From Promethearchaeota archaeon (GTDB taxonomy: Archaea; Asgardarchaeota; Lokiarchaeia; Sigyniarchaeales; SOKP01): a stretch of DNA of 32,000 bases. The translations under genes and the position numbers were made by a program. The notes beneath the pieces are model-generated. The model did not search any database. It was not told the DNA's origin and saw only the letters and a list, made by a program, of their open reading frames with translations. The DNA is taken from contig JAUWGH010000009.1 in NCBI GenBank assembly GCA_030606485.1, forward strand, positions 74,266 to 106,265, written 5' to 3'. Shown here piece after piece: positions 8,665-17,257 of this stretch (position 1 is its first letter; each line of letters opens with the position of its first letter).

Positions 8665-9441
8665 ATAAGATTAAAAGATAAAATTGTAATATTAACTGGT
8701 GCAGCCTCCGGTATTGGGAGATCTACGGCAATTTTATTAGCTAAAGAGGGAGCGATTCAGATTATTTCAGATATTAATGAAGTAGGTTTAAAAGAAACAT
8801 ATGAAATGATAAAAGATGGAAAAGAAAATACAATATTTATGAAAGTGGATGTAACTAAACCCGCTGAAGTTAAAGACATGATTGATACTACCATAAAAAA
8901 ATATGGAAAAATAGATATATTGATATGTAATGCTGGTGTTGTAAGAGTAGGTCCCATTGAAGACTTTCCAGATGAGGATTATGATTTATTGATTGATGTT
9001 AATCTTAAGGGTACCTATTATACATGTAAATATGCTGTTCCATATTTTAAAAATCAAAAATTTGGTTCAATTATAACCTTAGCTTCAGTTGCCGCTCATA
9101 TTGGACAAGTCAATCATGCAAATTATTGCTCCACTAAAGCTGGAATTTTAGGATTCACAAGAGCTTTAGCGTTAGATTTGGCTCCTTATGGAGTTCGTGT
9201 AAATAGTGTGAGTCCAGGAGCCACCGATACTCCAATGCTACAGGGTGATGTGGCTAAACAAGCAAGAGACAGAGGGGTTGATTATGAAGTTATAAAGAAA
9301 GAATTTGAAGAGGAGGGAGTAATAGGTAGATGGGCAGAACCCGAAGAAATTGCTGCTGGAATTCTCTTTTTAGCAACTAATGAGTCATCTTATATGACGG
9401 GAGCTGATTTACGTCTAGATGGTGGTTGGACTACGAGATAA
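8665..9441 (+). CDS. Classical SDR family oxidoreductase (start proposed at ATA 8665)
   Basis: In frame upstream of the tracked ATG 8806 lies (I)RLKDKIVILTGAASGIGRS...SDIN, the Rossmann fold. NAG, S, YCSTK and DGG motifs follow. GGTGAT RBS at 8654-8659. In-frame TGA at 8656 bounds the ORF. Confidence 0.85.
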   Translation: MRLKDKIVILTGAASGIGRSTAILLAKEGAIQIISDINEVGLKETYEMIKDGKENTIFMKVDVTKPAEVKDMIDTTIKKYGKIDILICNAGVVRVGPIEDFPDEDYDLLIDVNLKGTYYTCKYAVPYFKNQKFGSIITLASVAAHIGQVNHANYCSTKAGILGFTRALALDLAPYGVRVNSVSPGATDTPMLQGDVAKQARDRGVDYEVIKKEFEEEGVIGRWAEPEEIAAGILFLATNESSYMTGADLRLDGGWTTR

Positions 9442-9509
9442 ACAAAAATATATTTATAGTTAATTCTTTTTAATTTTTCTGCTTAAATAAAGAGCTTTTC
9501 ATTAAGACC

Positions 9510-9523
9510 AAAAAAAAAAAAAA
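9510..9523 (-). terminator. U-tract terminator (T14 on minus strand)
   Basis: A14 run on the plus strand, 23 nt past the stop of the minus-strand transporter at 9547. Confidence 0.6.
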
Positions 9524-9546
9524 TATATTTAAAAATAATTTTCTCT

Positions 9547-10899
9547 TTATTCTTCTTTTTCCCAATCGAAATCAAGTTTTACAAATTTTCTGGAGTAGAA
9601 ATAAGCAACAATTAATATTAAAGAACATATTGGCCCCCATATTACATGTCCTATAGAAAAGGTTGCCGTCCCAACATCTATTTTGGGTAATTCCAATAGA
9701 ACCCCCATAATAAGAATACCTACTATTTGGAAGAGATTTAGAACTATACTAGGAAAGCCTTTATAAATTCCTGCTTTTAATTCGCCCGTTGTTTTTTCGT
9801 CATCTTCAGTAATATCTGAAATGAAAACAGGAGGAAGTAAAAACCAGCCAGCCATGGCCCCAGCCAATCCTAGGATAAATAATATTCCAAATATAATGGA
9901 TGAATCCATAGGTATCAAACCTAACAAAGAGAATGGAAGGATAATAATTGCTACTAGAAAAATATATAAAAGACTTCTTTTTTTTCCTAATTTGTGTACT
10001 AGCCTCCTCCATATATATAAGAAAGTTAATATCCCTATTATGAAAATAACTGATGCTATAATATTAGTCATGAAGTCAAAAATTAAAACTACTACAATGT
10101 ATTGTAACATTAATGAGCCTATCATTATCCAAGCCACACTAGCGAGACCGATCATTATGATTACTAATATATAATTCTTATTTTTTAGAATTATTTTTAA
10201 ATTCTGAAATATATTAGAATCTATCTTAAAATGTGGTTCTGTAGGCATTAAAAAGGTAGCCAAATAAAATAGTACTACTGGAATAATCCCAAATATTAAT
10301 ACACTATATAAAAATTCTGGTGGAATAATATCTGGGTTTGTTTGGATATCATCAATACAAGCTGTTAAAACTACCATTGAAAAAATCGTAATTACTGCCG
10401 TTCCAATCATACCAAAAATTTGTTGATATTGAGACGATTTGGGTCTATCATCAACTCTAAATTGTTCAGTCATCCAAGATCCATATGGTGTAGTAACACC
10501 ATAACATAGATTAAAAATTTGATACCATACTAATAACCACATAAATAATATGCTGGCATCAGTGATATCTAATACTAAACCTGGCAATAGTAAAAAAAAG
10601 AAGGATACTCCAAGTATTGGACTCAAAATAATTAAATATGGTTTTCTTCTTCCCAATCGTGTATATTTCGCATCACTAATCCATCCAAAAAAGAATTGAG
10701 AGGCAGCAATAGTAAGTTTTCCTAATGCCATAGCAACAGTTGTGATAAATGGAGGTAAACCATAAGCCAAACTATAAAGGGTAAATAAAGCCAAATCTGC
10801 AAATGTCATCAGAACAGATGTTCCGAATTTTGGCATCCCAAAGAAGAGAAATTTACTTGTTTTACTTTTACTCCATAGCTTAATTTCTTTTTCACTCAT
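9547..10899 (-). CDS. GPH/MelB-like MFS transporter (paralog A)
   Basis: About 12 hydrophobic segments, GWISD...LGRRKPY, LGKK and DDEKTTGELKAGIYKG motifs of the glycoside-pentoside-hexuronide family. Confidence 0.9.
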   Translation of the reverse strand: MSEKEIKLWSKSKTSKFLFFGMPKFGTSVLMTFADLALFTLYSLAYGLPPFITTVAMALGKLTIAASQFFFGWISDAKYTRLGRRKPYLIILSPILGVSFFFLLLPGLVLDITDASILFMWLLVWYQIFNLCYGVTTPYGSWMTEQFRVDDRPKSSQYQQIFGMIGTAVITIFSMVVLTACIDDIQTNPDIIPPEFLYSVLIFGIIPVVLFYLATFLMPTEPHFKIDSNIFQNLKIILKNKNYILVIIMIGLASVAWIMIGSLMLQYIVVVLIFDFMTNIIASVIFIIGILTFLYIWRRLVHKLGKKRSLLYIFLVAIIILPFSLLGLIPMDSSIIFGILFILGLAGAMAGWFLLPPVFISDITEDDEKTTGELKAGIYKGFPSIVLNLFQIVGILIMGVLLELPKIDVGTATFSIGHVIWGPICSLILIVAYFYSRKFVKLDFDWEKEE

Positions 10900-11012
10900 A
10901 TCAATTTCACATATTTATTAATAAATTTTTTAAGTAAATTGTAAATAAAATTCTTCCTCATGATTTATAAAGTTTTATTCAAATAGCAACTAAAAAAATT
11001 TTAACTTTATTT

Positions 11013-12365
11013 TTATTGGTTTTTTTCCCACACAAAATCAAGTTGTATAAATTTTCTAATGTACCAATATGTAATAACAAATATTAACGAACATAATGGT
11101 CCCCATAAAACTAAACCTAATGAAAAGGTTAAAGGTCCTACGACAATATCAGGTAATTCTAATATAATCCCCATAATAAACAAACCCAATGCTTGAAAAA
11201 GATTTAAAGTTATACTTGGAAAACCAGTATATATGCCTGCTTTTAATTCCCCTGTTTTTACCTCATCATCTTCAGCAATATCTGCATACATAATTGCAGG
11301 GAATAAAGCCCAGCCGCTCAAACACCCTGCTAATCCAAGGATAAAAAGTATTCCAAATATAAGGGATGAATCCATCGGAATTAATCCTATTAAAGTTAAT
11401 GGGAGAATAAGAAATCCTAACAGAAAAATACATAAAAGACTTTGTTTTTTTCCTAATTTTTGTATCACTCTTCTCCATATATATAAGAAACCTAACATCC
11501 CAAAAATCATAATACCTGCTGCAATAATATAATCCATATCATTAAATTGTAAAACTTCCACGATATATATTAACATTATTCCAGTTATTGTTATAGTAGC
11601 TATACCAGAGATACCTTGCATAATGGCTACTAATAAAAAATTCTTATTTTTTAGAATTGTCTTTAAATTCTGAATTATATTTGATTCTATCTTAAAATGT
11701 GGTTCCTTAGCCATTAAAAGGCTAGCTAAATAAAATAAAACTACTGGAAATATCCCAAATATTATCACACTATATAAAAATTCTGGCGGAATATTTTCTG
11801 GGTTTGTTTGTATTTTTTCAAACACTTCTGTTAAAATTACCATTGAAAAAGCTGTAATTACTGCGTATCCAACCATACCAAAAAATTGCTCGTATTGAGA
11901 CGCTCTGGGTCGGACCTCAACTCTGAATTGTTCAGCCATCCAAGCTCCATATGGTGAAGTAACGCCATAACATATGTTAAAAATTTGATACCAAACTAAT
12001 AACCAAATAAATAATACGTCAAGATTAGTGATATCTAATATTAATCCAGGTAGAAGTAAAAATATGAAAGATAATCCTAGTATTGGACTCAGAATGATTA
12101 AATATGGTTTTCTTCTCCCCCATCGTGTATATTTTGCATCACTAACCCATCCAAAAAAAAATTGAGAGGTAGCGATAGTAAGTTTTCCTAATCCTAAGGC
12201 AATACCAACAAGAAATGGAGTTATTTGATAACCTAAAACATAAAGAGCGAATAAAGCAAAATCAGCAAATCCCATGATAATAGATGTTCCAAATTTTGGC
12301 ATCCCAAAAGTTACTAATTTACTCGTTTTACTCTTGGCCCTAGTAATAATTTCTTCTTGATTCAA
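11013..12365 (-). CDS. GPH/MelB-like MFS transporter (paralog B, tandem duplicate of A)
   Basis: Colinear and highly similar to 9547..10899. Start proposed at TTG 12365 because it sits 7 nt after TGTGA, as the ATG of paralog A does. Confidence 0.9.
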   Translation of the reverse strand: MNQEEIITRAKSKTSKLVTFGMPKFGTSIIMGFADFALFALYVLGYQITPFLVGIALGLGKLTIATSQFFFGWVSDAKYTRWGRRKPYLIILSPILGLSFIFLLLPGLILDITNLDVLFIWLLVWYQIFNICYGVTSPYGAWMAEQFRVEVRPRASQYEQFFGMVGYAVITAFSMVILTEVFEKIQTNPENIPPEFLYSVIIFGIFPVVLFYLASLLMAKEPHFKIESNIIQNLKTILKNKNFLLVAIMQGISGIATITITGIMLIYIVEVLQFNDMDYIIAAGIMIFGMLGFLYIWRRVIQKLGKKQSLLCIFLLGFLILPLTLIGLIPMDSSLIFGILFILGLAGCLSGWALFPAIMYADIAEDDEVKTGELKAGIYTGFPSITLNLFQALGLFIMGIILELPDIVVGPLTFSLGLVLWGPLCSLIFVITYWYIRKFIQLDFVWEKNQ

Positions 12366-12492
12366 AATGTTCTCACATATTTTTTGCAAAAATTTTTTAA
12401 AATAAATTGTAAAATAAATAATCTAATAAAAATTCTGTAAATGAATATAAGAAATTTTTGATTAAATATTAACTATCTTTTCTGTTTATTTT

Positions 12493-12503
12493 AAAAAAAA
12501 AAA
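12493..12503 (-). terminator. U-tract terminator (T11 on minus strand)
   Basis: A11 on the plus strand, 20 nt past the stop at 12524. Confidence 0.5.
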
Positions 12504-12523
12504 TAAAATTTTAGATTAATGAT

Positions 12524-13909
12524 TTATTGAATTTTTTCTAATTCAATTAATCGTTTTTCATGAAGAACCTTTAGTTTTTCTTGTTGTTCGCAGAAGTTTT
12601 TGTAGTTTATTGGGAAGAATTTAAAAATTATTAAAGCACATAATCCTCCAAGAACAGGAACTAGTGATATTAATAATGTTAAACCGAATAAAGCAGAGGG
12701 TGATTGAGTTTCTGATCCCGATTCAAAGCCAGTAAGTAGTTGAACAGTTGTTAGAGTTATAGCCGCGAGCACAAGAGATAACCTTACTATAAATCCAAAA
12801 ACTCCGGTATACGTTCCTTCACGTCTTTTTCCAGTTTTCAATTCATCATAATCTATCGCTGCGCTGACTGCTGGTTCAGTCATCAACATTCCACCTACTC
12901 CAAAACCTGGTATGATTGTTATAAGTATTAGCATGGTAAAATCATTTACAAGAAAAATAGGCCAAATTGTTGCCGTAAATATTCCCATTGATAGGAGTAA
13001 TCCATATTTTGGTCCTTTTTTTGCATACATCCATCTCCAAAATAGCACACTAATAAGAATTCCTAATGCGATTCCCAAGAGACCAACACCAATCAATCCT
13101 ACTTCCACTTCCAGAACAAATAAAGCATATAGAGGAAGAACCATCATGGTTAAGCCAAATATAGTGTCAAGAATTGCATATGTCAATGTAATAATTAAGA
13201 ATGGCTTATTCGTAAGAGTCTCTTTAAATGCAGGAATGTAAGATAAAGGTTTATCTATTTGATACTCTTTTCTTTCTTTAATTCCAAGAAGTGACAAATA
13301 CATAAATATTGGTATTGTTAATCCAAAAATTATTCCAGCCATTGTCCAACTAGTAGCTGAAACAATCATAGGAGTTATTATAACACTAACCATACCTGAA
13401 AGAAATGCAAAGGTATCTTTCATAGCTACCATTGTTGCCCTTTCTTCTTCTTCTTCATACATTTCCGTGTATAATGCAGACCAAGCAGTCATTGCCAATG
13501 TAAAACCAAGATCGAATAGAAATAGCATTAGTAAAGCATGAAAAAATATAGCTGTCTGATCTGTCCATGGAACCCACCATAAAAGTATAAATCCAATAGT
13601 AAATGGAATAGTTCCAACGACAATATATGGAACTCGACGACCCCATTTAGTCACCTTTTTATCCATTAAATATCCAACTAAAGGATCATTAATTGCATTC
13701 CAGACACCATAAATTACCCATAAAACACCAAATAAAAAAGGATCAAGTCCAAGTGTTACTTCATAAAACAATACAATATAAGAACCTATTATTTGATAAG
13801 GAAGTGATGAAGGAATAGCTCCCAGAGAATACAGAAGATGTCCACGTAAGGAATGCACTTTATCTTTTACTTTTTTTTCTTTAATCTTTTTTTCATTCAT
13901 AGTAATCAA
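12524..13909 (-). CDS. GPH/MelB-like sugar:cation symporter (paralog C, more distant)
   Basis: WNAINDPLVGYLMD, WGRRVPY and DYDELKTGKRREGTY motifs. Real start may be ATG 13900. Confidence 0.92.
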   Translation of the reverse strand: MITMNEKKIKEKKVKDKVHSLRGHLLYSLGAIPSSLPYQIIGSYIVLFYEVTLGLDPFLFGVLWVIYGVWNAINDPLVGYLMDKKVTKWGRRVPYIVVGTIPFTIGFILLWWVPWTDQTAIFFHALLMLFLFDLGFTLAMTAWSALYTEMYEEEEERATMVAMKDTFAFLSGMVSVIITPMIVSATSWTMAGIIFGLTIPIFMYLSLLGIKERKEYQIDKPLSYIPAFKETLTNKPFLIITLTYAILDTIFGLTMMVLPLYALFVLEVEVGLIGVGLLGIALGILISVLFWRWMYAKKGPKYGLLLSMGIFTATIWPIFLVNDFTMLILITIIPGFGVGGMLMTEPAVSAAIDYDELKTGKRREGTYTGVFGFIVRLSLVLAAITLTTVQLLTGFESGSETQSPSALFGLTLLISLVPVLGGLCALIIFKFFPINYKNFCEQQEKLKVLHEKRLIELEKIQ

Positions 13910-14032
13910 ATTATATTCTTTCTCTAAGTATAAAAAGTTTTTTCAAATCAGATTAGGCAATATCTAAGTTTTTCTGGTTTTTTAAGGATTATTCTTTTGA
14001 GCTTAGCTTCTAAAAGTTATTTCAAAATCTAT

Positions 14033-15511
14033 TTATTTATCTTCTTCTATAACATTTAATCCAAACAATTTAGCGCCAATTAAAAATTTTTCTTTCCAGT
14101 CTCCAATAAAAGTTACTCTATGCCAGCCAAAGGTCTCCCAGTCATAATTTTCCAAAATCGCTTTCACATCACTTTCTACAAGCATCTTCGAGGTGCATCC
14201 TTTTTTATCTACGACATTATCTATAATTTTTCCTTGACGGATGGCAATTTTTTTTTCAAATACACTGATTTTTATTGTTGTTGCAATCTCACCTATTGGG
14301 AATTTAACGCGCGGAGTCGCTCCTAAAAATCCAGTTTCTCCGTGATATACAATATCATATTCGGCAGAAGGACCATCGACACCATATAATTTATTTGGAG
14401 CAAGGCAATGCATATAAGTAATTTGATTAGTAACTGAATCGAGAGTATGATTTGAAACAAATCCCGGTCGTCCAGTTAAATATAAGCCAAAAATATAACT
14501 TATAGCACAATCCATATCTGATTCACAAATTCCATAAAGACCTTCATTACTTAATTCGAAAAAGGGCATGCAAGGATAAGCTGGAAAAATACCACTTATA
14601 AGAAGAGTTCCGCAGTCAGGAGCAACAAAATCGTATTTCTTTTCTTTTAAGATATTTTTAAACGCCAGATATAATTTTGCAGAATTTAAAATGGTTTTTT
14701 CAGTAGGTTCAATCTCTCTTGCATTTTTAATCCATTTCTCTGCAATTTTAGCAGCTTTTTCTTCACTTATTTCATCATAATACTTTCTAATGTCTTCTGG
14801 ATTTTCTCTTATCATCTCAACACCAAAAATTTCTCTAAGATTTTCTCTGTATTTATCCTCATCTTTCCTCCATTTATGTGCTTGATCAGTTCCAACTAAA
14901 TCGAGATAAAATTCAGATTCTCCCTCTCTCATTTTTCCAACTTGTTCAATGAATTCTGGATGTTCTTTCAAAATTCTACTCCTTTCTGGATTTACTAATC
15001 CCAAGACTCCTTCCCAATTTATCTTTTTTGAATCGGTGGCATAAACTAAGACTTTCTTTCCTTTAATATTTAGGAGATTAATCATATTTTCAATTTGTTT
15101 ATCAAAATCTTCAATATTTTGTGAAGATATAGGAATTACAGGAAAATTCTTATCTTTTATTATGGTGTAAATTTTTGTAAATGTATGATCTCCCCCATAG
15201 ATATAATTTGCTAAAATTGTAGGTTTCCCAATTTCGATAAATTCTATGCCTGCTTTTACTATTCCTGGCTCACCATAGTGCCCAATTGTATAGATTAATA
15301 TCCCATCTGCGTTAAAAATATCTTCTTTGATTTTCTTAACTAATTGCACATCGTCAGTTGTAACCATTTCACTCTGGCTAAACTCAACTTCAGGATATTT
15401 CTTCTTTAGATGGTTGAGAATGGATGTTTTCAAAGGTTCGTTATCATATCCTAAATAAGGCCAGCCAGCCTCCCATTGAGGTTTTCCAATAAAAATTATT
15501 TGTATCTTCAT
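14033..15511 (-). CDS. L-fucose/L-arabinose isomerase-like protein
   Basis: APDCG, AYPCM, CESDMD and HCLAP motifs with a C-terminal beta domain. The GTG at 15520 is probably the RBS (AAGTGA) for ATG 15511. Confidence 0.7.
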   Translation of the reverse strand: MKIQIIFIGKPQWEAGWPYLGYDNEPLKTSILNHLKKKYPEVEFSQSEMVTTDDVQLVKKIKEDIFNADGILIYTIGHYGEPGIVKAGIEFIEIGKPTILANYIYGGDHTFTKIYTIIKDKNFPVIPISSQNIEDFDKQIENMINLLNIKGKKVLVYATDSKKINWEGVLGLVNPERSRILKEHPEFIEQVGKMREGESEFYLDLVGTDQAHKWRKDEDKYRENLREIFGVEMIRENPEDIRKYYDEISEEKAAKIAEKWIKNAREIEPTEKTILNSAKLYLAFKNILKEKKYDFVAPDCGTLLISGIFPAYPCMPFFELSNEGLYGICESDMDCAISYIFGLYLTGRPGFVSNHTLDSVTNQITYMHCLAPNKLYGVDGPSAEYDIVYHGETGFLGATPRVKFPIGEIATTIKISVFEKKIAIRQGKIIDNVVDKKGCTSKMLVESDVKAILENYDWETFGWHRVTFIGDWKEKFLIGAKLFGLNVIEEDK

Positions 15512-15630
15512 ATTTTTCACTTTTTAAATAAATTTAATTCTTTAAATCTTTTTTAATATTAGTTTTATTTAAGCAAAAATTAAATAAATTTTTTTTTAAT
15601 TAGAAAGAAATTGATTTGAAGATATTTAAA

Positions 15631-16428
15631 TTAAATACCTAAAATTTTTCGTGCTTCTGATGGATCTGCTACTTCTCGTCCCATTTCTTTAGATATTCTG
15701 ACCATTCCAGATACTAGTTCTGCATTATCTTTTGCAGGAATCCCCTTCTTAATAAAAGGATAATCTTCAGTTCCTATTCGTACATTTCCGCCATGTGCTA
15801 TGGCTAGAGTTGCAATTTTTATCTGGTTCTCTCCCATAACACTTATTGTGTGCAAACAATTTTGAGGCATATATTTTATCCTATGAAAATATTCATCATC
15901 AGTCGAAGGAGACCATGTCCCTCCGGGCCAATTAAAAAACAAGGTTAACACATGAGGTGTTTCTAATAAATTTTTATTAATTAGATAATTCAAATTCCAA
16001 TAAGACCCAGTATGCCATACTTCCCACTCTGGCTTTATGTTGAACTCCTTACATTTCACGCAATATTTTTCTAATTCCTCAATAGTATGGAGTTGATTAA
16101 CTCTTATTTGCGTGAAATACTCATCATGATGATTTAAAATTATCGAAAGCATATCGGGTTTAGCTTGAAAATCAGCCTCTCTTTCTTCTATTGGATAACT
16201 CGACATTCCAGCTTGAATTATAATATCACATCTTTCCCTAATTTTTTTAACAGTATCAACCTCTTCCCCTCTCGGGAGATGAACATGAGCTATAGAAGCA
16301 CCTACTTCATAGCATTTTACAATTGATTCTATTAAATCATCGGTTGTTTGAGCCCAATTCTTTACATCTGGATAAATCCAGGAATTGGCTGTTGTAGCCG
16401 TTAAAATCATTTTTTTAAAATTTTTCAT
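15631..16428 (-). CDS. BKACE / DUF849 beta-keto acid cleavage enzyme family protein
   Basis: GASIAHVH zinc motif, KPEWEV, GGNVRIGTED (canonical GGxVRVGLED), and DNAELV...GREVAxPxEARxILG tail. Confidence 0.9.
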   Translation of the reverse strand: MKNFKKMILTATTANSWIYPDVKNWAQTTDDLIESIVKCYEVGASIAHVHLPRGEEVDTVKKIRERCDIIIQAGMSSYPIEEREADFQAKPDMLSIILNHHDEYFTQIRVNQLHTIEELEKYCVKCKEFNIKPEWEVWHTGSYWNLNYLINKNLLETPHVLTLFFNWPGGTWSPSTDDEYFHRIKYMPQNCLHTISVMGENQIKIATLAIAHGGNVRIGTEDYPFIKKGIPAKDNAELVSGMVRISKEMGREVADPSEARKILGI

Positions 16429-16679
16429 AAGTTATACATTTTTATTAAGTGTATTTTTTAATTAAAAGAAATTTTTTATTTTAATATAATTTTTGACTCA
16501 AATCATATTTTTTTCACTTTTTTAATGAATATATATTGTTTAGAACAACCAAGTAGCGCTTTCCCAAATATAAGTGTTAACTAGTAATTCTTTGGACTTA
16601 TAATATTATAATATAATCAATTTTCTAATAAAATCAACACTTGAAATGAAGTAAAAAAGAGAGTACCTTGCTTTATTTC

Positions 16680-17003
16680 TTAGAATCTTATTTTTTTTGC
16701 TTTATATAACTCAATATATTCATATAATAGTGCTTCTAAAAAAAACCCAATTTCATCTTCACCGACAATATCACAATATTTCTCAGTGATGGTGGGATCA
16801 TACATAGCATAGGTTTTAGTTTTAGAATCGAAATCAATATTAAAAAATTTTCCCTTAAGTATGTCTAGTTTCTTATTTAATTTTTCAATTAATTCTTTTC
16901 TTAAGGATTTTACTATAGCTTTTGAAATTTTTTTTCTAGAATTAGCATCTGCCTTAATTAAATTTAATTTTAATGGATTCCATTCATTTTTATTATTTAT
17001 CAT
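16680..17003 (-). CDS. Small hypothetical protein (107 aa)
   Basis: GGTGG RBS 7 nt before the ATG and a protein-like composition. No recognisable motif. Confidence 0.6.
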   Translation of the reverse strand: MINNKNEWNPLKLNLIKADANSRKKISKAIVKSLRKELIEKLNKKLDILKGKFFNIDFDSKTKTYAMYDPTITEKYCDIVGEDEIGFFLEALLYEYIELYKAKKIRF

Positions 17004-17257
17004 AAATTATCCACCATTGATTTTCTATCTAATATGGTGTCATTATTATTTATAAATATAATTTCTATTTTTCTAAAAAAAAATAAAATTTATTCTTCTT
17101 TTTACTAAAAAATTTCTTTTAAATTATCTAAGATGATGTATTTTCTAACTTCAAGGAAAAAAATCAAGAACAAATAAATAAAATTATTTAATATATCCAT
17201 TTAAATTAAAAATTAAAAATTAAAATTTTCATATCTATAAATTATTGTGAAATTATT

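Noticed and set aside
9806-13646. Short overlapping ORFs in the transporter genes (9806, 9821, 11233, 11272, 12912, 13455), some resembling each other
   Set aside because: Alternate-frame or antisense shadows of hydrophobic MFS genes. The resemblance reflects the tandem duplication.
16434-16454. Inverted repeat ATACA-N11-TGTAT just upstream of the BKACE start
   Set aside because: Single occurrence of a 5-bp arm in very AT-rich DNA. No second copy was found before co-oriented genes.
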